Shown here: positions 56,434-64,000 of the stretch, one piece after another | Layout: every line of letters begins with the position of its first letter | Numbering within the stretch: the first letter of the stretch is position 1 | Assembly: GCA_964016885.1 (NCBI GenBank) | Contig: CAXHJY010000528.1 | Span: forward strand, 1-64,000 | DNA: 64,000 bases | Reading direction: 5' to 3' | Source: Eledone cirrhosa | Taxonomy: Eukaryota | The notes under the pieces: model-generated | Seen by the model: only the letters and a program-made list of their open reading frames with translations | What the model was told of the DNA's origin: nothing | The model's database searches: none | Translations under genes and position numbers: made by a program

Positions 56434-58938
56434 AAAGAGACAGGAGTAATTATGAGAGACATAGAAACAACCATGAAGCTGAGGCTGCTGCTGTTGGTGG
56501 AAATAGAAACAACACAACTAACAATAGCACTAGTACACATAAAGCAGCAGCCTGGAACTCTCCGTTTTATAACCCCTCCGATAAATCATTCGACCTACGA
56601 CGAGTCCACGCCACGACATTGCCATTTAACAAACGCACGCAGTTGCCGTCGCAGGTCGATGAACAAACAGAAGCACAATTTAGTATAGCTAAATCCGAAC
56701 TTAGAAATATTATAGAACAGTATAGCAAGAAGCATAATAGAATAGAGGCCCAGCAACTGGGAGAAGAATCTGCAAATGGCTTGCGTAAGCTCATGCAGCG
56801 CTCGCGTAATGGAGAGATAGCATGCTTTCCAACAGACAAGTCTGGCAGAATGTCGGTTGACAGCCTGCCAAACTACATCCAGGCAATGCAACCCCACATC
56901 ACTAACACAAGAGAGGTAACACCACAGGAGCATGAGGATAGAGAAAAAACCCTCAATGCCCATATGGTGATGTGGACAAATATAATGCAGCCCAACAAAA
57001 GGACTGCCAACAACTTCCAGGCCTGGAACAATGACGTGCCGGCGTTGTATGGGCTTCGAAAAGACCATAAAACGGGCTGGGACCCTGTAGCGGGACCACC
57101 AACACGGCCAGTCTGTGGGGCTAACATTGCTAGTAACTACAGACTGTCCTACTTCCTCTCCCTGATCATACGCCCCATCATTGAGATGTCCCCAGATGTG
57201 TGTGACAGCACGGAGGACCTCCTCAGCAGAATCGGCGCGGGTAACCGATCTGGGGACCTAACAAACTGCATAATAGGCAGTATGGATGTTGTGTCCCTGT
57301 ATCCATCTATTGACGTGGATTTTGCTGTGGAGAAATGCGTCGAAATGATCAGCGAGAGCAAGGTTGAGTTCCGTGGGATTGATACCAGTGAGCTGGGACT
57401 TCTACTTAAGCTTACCCATAGTAATAGTTACCTAGACACTTATGACCTTAGCAACCTGTGCCCTACAAGACCAGCAAGAGGCAGACCACCTACCATTACC
57501 TCAATGGCCAAGAAAACCCACACAGATAGATGGAACGGGTGGACCAGAGCCATACGGACACCCGAAAACCACGATGAACTGAAGAAAATGATTGCACATG
57601 CGGTAGGGGCCAGCATAAAATTAACCCTTAAGGAACATATGTTCAAATTTAATGGTAAAACATATGCCCAAGAGGAAGGAGCAGCCATTGGTGTTAGCAT
57701 TGCAGGCGACATAGCTAACTTGTTCATGGTATGGTGGGACAGTAGACTTAAACAAAAACTTAAAGAACAATTAGAAGACAGCTTAACCCTGATAATGTAC
57801 TCCCGCTACGTAGATGATATAAACATCGTAGTTAAGACACCCCCACTAAAGAACAGTCAGGAACCAGAGAAAAAACACAATGGAAAGCATCCAGCAAATA
57901 GCAAACTCCATCCACCAGAGCATTAGAGTTACTATAGACTACCCCAAGTAGACACCCCGACCATCGATTACCTGTACTAGACACAGAGCTCTGGTTAGAT
58001 ACTATTAACAACCAAAAACAAATCCTCCATTCCATTATGCCAAACCCATGACTTCCAACATCTGATCCACCGAAACTCGGCCATTTCGGACCATACCAAA
58101 ATCAACATACTGATTGCGGATTTGATACGGGTGATGAGAATGTGTCCCGCATGTGCAACCCCGAAGAACTAGAGAGACACATACAACACTTCATCCACCG
58201 TATGCAGTTCTCTGGCTACAATCAGAGAGATAGAATCAGAGTGTATAAAGGAGCCAGAACCAAATGGGAAAAAATGGTAAATAATGACATAAATGGGACC
58301 TGCCCCTTGTATAGGAGCAAATTTTGGAATAGAATAGAAAGAACTAAGAAACAAGGCCAATAGAATAAACTCATGGTATGATAGCAATAATACCAGAGTG
58401 TAATGTTCATCAATACAACCCCTAGAGGGGCAACTAGCCCTACAAATTTAGAAGGGCCCTAAAGAAACATAATCTCAATATTAAGATAGTAGAAAGACCT
58501 GGTACCTCCGTAAAACACTTATTAGCAAGACATACCCGTTCCAAAGACCCTCCATGTATAGATAAGAAATGTATAACCTGTAAAATAAGCCCCCATATTA
58601 ACTGTAAAACTAGAAATGTAGTATATAGCATAAGATGTACTGAAGGGACAATGTAGAAACAAAAATATAGTGTACATAGGTGAGACAGCTCGTAGTATAG
58701 GGGAACGAATAATTGAACACTGGCGAGGACCTCCAAGATAGTAAAGAATCATCTGTGCTCTACAACATGCTAAGATAGAACACAGGGGTAAATTAGAGAG
58801 CATAGAAATAAAAATAGAATCCACACACAAGAAAGACGCAATGTTTAGGCAAATTACAGAGGCAGTAAGCATAAAAGAATTAAAACCAAAATTAAATAGA
58901 AAATATGAGTGGAACAGCAACATCACAACTTACAATTA
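56434..58938 (+). pseudogene. PLE RT-GIY-YIG polyprotein, 5'-truncated, several frameshifts
   Basis: TDKSG, LYGLRKDHK, TRPV, SMDVVSLYPSI, QEEGAAIG, RYVDD, LPVLD; then CIDKKCITC..CKTRNVVYSIRC..YIGETARSIGERIIEH..QITEAVSIKELKPKLNRKYEW. Confidence 0.9.
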
Positions 58939-59230
58939 AGGACAAAATGAAAACACCACACACATAGAACAAACAACTTACAATTGAAACACACACAAAA
59001 TGAAAACACACACAAGACAAATGAAAACACACACACATAGAACAAACAACCAACCAACAATAAATAAATAAATAAACAAACAATATAAATAGAAAAATAG
59101 AAAAATGAACACAACCACACACAGACACCCGGATGTGGCGCATGCGCAAACTGAGCACGCAACCCACACACAAACAAAATGGCGTAGGATAGAAGAAAGG
59201 AAAGGCACAGAAACGAAGAAAGAAATCCCC

Positions 59231-59275
59231 AGTCACTGAAGAGGTCACAGAGTGTGTGACGAAAGAACTATGACT
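59231..59275 (+). ncRNA. Minimal type I hammerhead ribozyme in the right pLTR
   Basis: agtca-CTGAAGAG-gtcac-agagtgt-gtgac-GAAA-gaacTA-tgact. Confidence 0.8.
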
Positions 59276-59433
59276 ATATATATATAAACAACTATCTGGT
59301 TGTGGAACCAACCAACCAACCAGAAATTTATAAATTTGTAAATTTTATAAATATATATTAAATTAAATTGAAGTGAAAGCAACTGGTGCGTGTGTTTCTT
59401 ATTGGCAACATGACCCTCCAAAGTATAACAATA

Positions 59434-61115
<1,682 letters not shown>

Positions 61116-61391
61116 CATCATGAAGAAAACAGCGAGAAAAAGAAATACGACCTTTATACGTAAAAATAACCTTAAATATATATAAATATATATTTTACAA
61201 ATAAAACTAAAAATAATATATATACCATTCTGTGTCATATTTAAACACAGTCTCCCTTGGTTACGAGACGAATAGGAAAGCCGTATTTTATCGATTTTTC
61301 GCTTGATTCAAAAAACTTATGAAGTTCTTTAATATCTATTTTGTAATTTATGGCAAACAGCTGCTGTTTAAAACTAAAATTACATATATAC

Positions 61392-61443
<52 letters not shown>

Positions 61444-61608
61444 ATATATATATATTGGTTGTGTAGTTTTTTGTAGTGCGTGCAATATATACACAAACAC
61501 ATATTTATTGGTTGTGTAATATTTTTGGTAGTGGCTTGCAGATCAACCGCCCCCCCCCCCCCACGCCCCCCTCCCCCCCGCCCCGCCCCCCACACGCACA
61601 CACACACA

Positions 61609-61651
<43 letters not shown>

Positions 61652-61989
61652 GCCATCGCTTTTTACACATGCCCTACAAACTTCGACATTCATCACCATC
61701 TCTCTGACCTCATCTACACTATCCATTCCTCAATCTTTCACCAGGCTATCAAAGTAATATATTTTCCTTCTATCCGACTTGTATCTCCATCTGACAGTTC
61801 CACGGAATAAGTTCAAATGAAGAACGCAGTGACCTGCAAGTTTAATTTCTCCTCTATTTTAGCTTTACCGTTACTAGTGGAAGTTTTGCTAATACAATTC
61901 GTTGTACACGAAATGTCCTGTGCACTGCGCAACATCAACTCCGTTTTCTAGTTATTTTGTTATTACTCTATGCTTCTTATTCACACAAG

Positions 61990-62742
61990 AGTATGGTATG
62001 ATATGGGCCGTAACTCATGAGGAGTCATAGGTGTCCGGTTTGACATACGGTGTTTCTAGAGCATTTACAGTAGATTTCAGCCAGAGAAAGATACACATGG
62101 TGAGAGAAAAGAAGTAAGAAAGAGATACAGTGATATAGAGCAAGAATCGACTCCAGTGCTTGACTGGTATATTTTATTGGCCTCCAAAGGGTGAAAAGTA
62201 AAGTTGACCTCGGTGGAATTGGAACTCCGAGAGCAGAGAGCTGGAAGCAATTCCATAAAACATTCTATCTGTCGTTCTAACGACTGTCAAATTAGCTGCC
62301 TCATAATTCATATGGCATGCTATGGTCCGTACCTCCCGATAGAATCACATTTCTTGGACACTTTCAGCCTGGTAGCACCCATAATTCTCTAGGCCTGAAT
62401 ATAGCGGATTTCGATAAACGTATATCATATCATTTATCGACCTCGAAAGAATGATGGCAGAGTTGAGCTCAGTGGATTTGACTCAGAGAGCCGAGAGTTG
62501 GAACGAACACCATAAAACATTCTATCCAACGTTGTAACGACTCTACCATTCGCTGTCATATAGCAGGCCTTGCAGATAATTTACTCCTCGATAAACGTAT
62601 ATCATAACATGTATCGATCTGGAAAGCATGAAGGCTAAGTTAACCTCGATGGGATTTTGAACTTAGAGAGCAGAGAGCCGAAATGAAATACTACAACGCA
62701 TTTTATCCAACGTTCTAACGATTTTTGCCAATTCCTGCCTCA
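61990..62742 (-). mobile_element. Three diverged tRNA-SINE copies, the first with the long tail
   Basis: Reverse-complement core 'aaagttgacctcggtggaatt.gaactc' repeated three times. Confidence 0.65.
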
Positions 62743-63127
62743 CACAACCTGAGCGATCTCTAATATTGCAATAGAAATCATGTCGTTAAGCCTTCAGTTT
62801 ATCCGTGATGTCCACATCCTCGTCAGATTGTGGAACGCTTTCGAATATTTTCTTCAAACCAAGGACTAATATAACAGGTTTTTTGTTAGGCCGTGGTCAC
62901 CCTTAATGGTTCATCTATGAGCCAAAATATGTACGACTTTTGACCTTCCAAGATAGATGAAGCAAAAAAGGGTTCTAAGTGGCGTATTAATTTTTATCTT
63001 CATCCTCTCTCCTCAGTTCAATCATATACAGAATTGTTTAGAAGATCAGTTAAAATACTCCAAACCAAAGGACGCAAAAGATAGGTCAGTAGGAGTTACG
63101 TAGAGAACATGGAGGAGAATGTGTGTG

Positions 63128-63156
<29 letters not shown>

Positions 63157-63161
<5 letters not shown>

Positions 63162-63650
63162 CAGGAAAGAAGATTGACATGGTTTGCTATACAAAAAAGG
63201 GTTTTAATCTCATTGCTGACAATTGTTTCTCTGAACTGGTAGGTCTAGAGATCGCTATTCGCTTGTTTTCACGTTACTCGATCGCCAATACAAAATTATA
63301 ACCAGTCAGTTCTTTTTCTTCGCATGCTCCGAAGAACTGACTGGTTATAATTTGCATTGGCGATCGAATAACGTGAAAACAAGCGAATAGCGATCTCTAG
63401 ACCTACCTGTTCAGAGACACAATTGTCAGCAATGAGATTAAAAACCTTTTTTGTATAGCAAACCATCTCATCTTCTTTCCTGATTTATTATTACTCCAAG
63501 TGTTTACAACATAGGAATTACAGCATACTCGCAACATCACTATGAAAATGCCTTGTTGAGTCAAACCAAGCCAAGCGTTGATATCATCACTACCCGGAAT
63601 ACCATAACTGGACTACACCTAAGTGGACTGCATATGACTATTATTTGTTA
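63157..63650 (+). mobile_element. Fold-back element (about 155-bp arms) with extended hammerhead-like motif
   Basis: Palindrome 63157-63488; catgct-CCGAAGA..(long stem II)..GAAA-caattg-TC-agcaatg (GAAA intact in the left arm); right tail. Confidence 0.7.
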
Positions 63651-63657
63651 CCCCGTA

Positions 63658-63736
<79 letters not shown>

Positions 63737-64000
63737 ATATATATATATAGTATATATATTATATATATATATGAATATATATATATATATATGTATATAT
63801 AAATATATATACATATATGAATGTATATATGTATATATTTATATTGGTAAAAGGAAAAGAAAATGGTGCCAAATTGTTCCAGTGAAAAATAGTTTAAATA
63901 GGAATAAGTAAAAATGAGTAATAAGTATTGGTTAGTATTCAGTTTTAGTTTTAAGTTTTTACCGGTTGCGCATTTCTAATGCTTTTAAAAAATAATTTTG

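Larger units (their letters stand above)
55665..59433 (+). mobile_element. Penelope-like element (Naiad-like) with inverted pseudo-LTRs
   Basis: About 710-bp inverted repeat 55722-56433 / 58730-59433; extra about 57-bp tail only on the left; RT plus GIY-YIG; long (TA)n on both sides. Confidence 0.93.

Noticed and set aside
58500-58700. Selenocysteine recoding reported for some Naiad elements
   Set aside because: The Cys positions I can read are TGT; the interruptions are frameshifts, not in-frame TGA

Overview
AT-rich, apparently gene-free eukaryotic DNA; the repeat families suggest an octopod cephalopod (inference). About half is giant interrupted (TA)n arrays, which produce nearly all the long 'YIYI' ORFs as artefacts. 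The rest is mobile-element material. It includes a near-complete Penelope-like element (RT + GIY-YIG, Naiad-like) with inverted pseudo-LTRs carrying hammerhead ribozymes (55665-59433), and fragments of RTE, Tx1/L1, CR1-like and R4/Dong LINEs. There are also four copies of an RTE-derived bipartite non-autonomous element, three tRNA-SINE families, two MITE types and a 26-bp minisatellite. The most striking pattern is about ten short fold-back elements from several unrelated sequence families. Each has two inverted arms and a one-sided unique tail and sits in (TA)n; most carry a hammerhead core, and many tails share a TTGAG(T/C) motif. They mirror the architecture of the full Penelope element. 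Different retroelement classes also appear to occupy different microsatellite types. All calls are by eye, without database searches.
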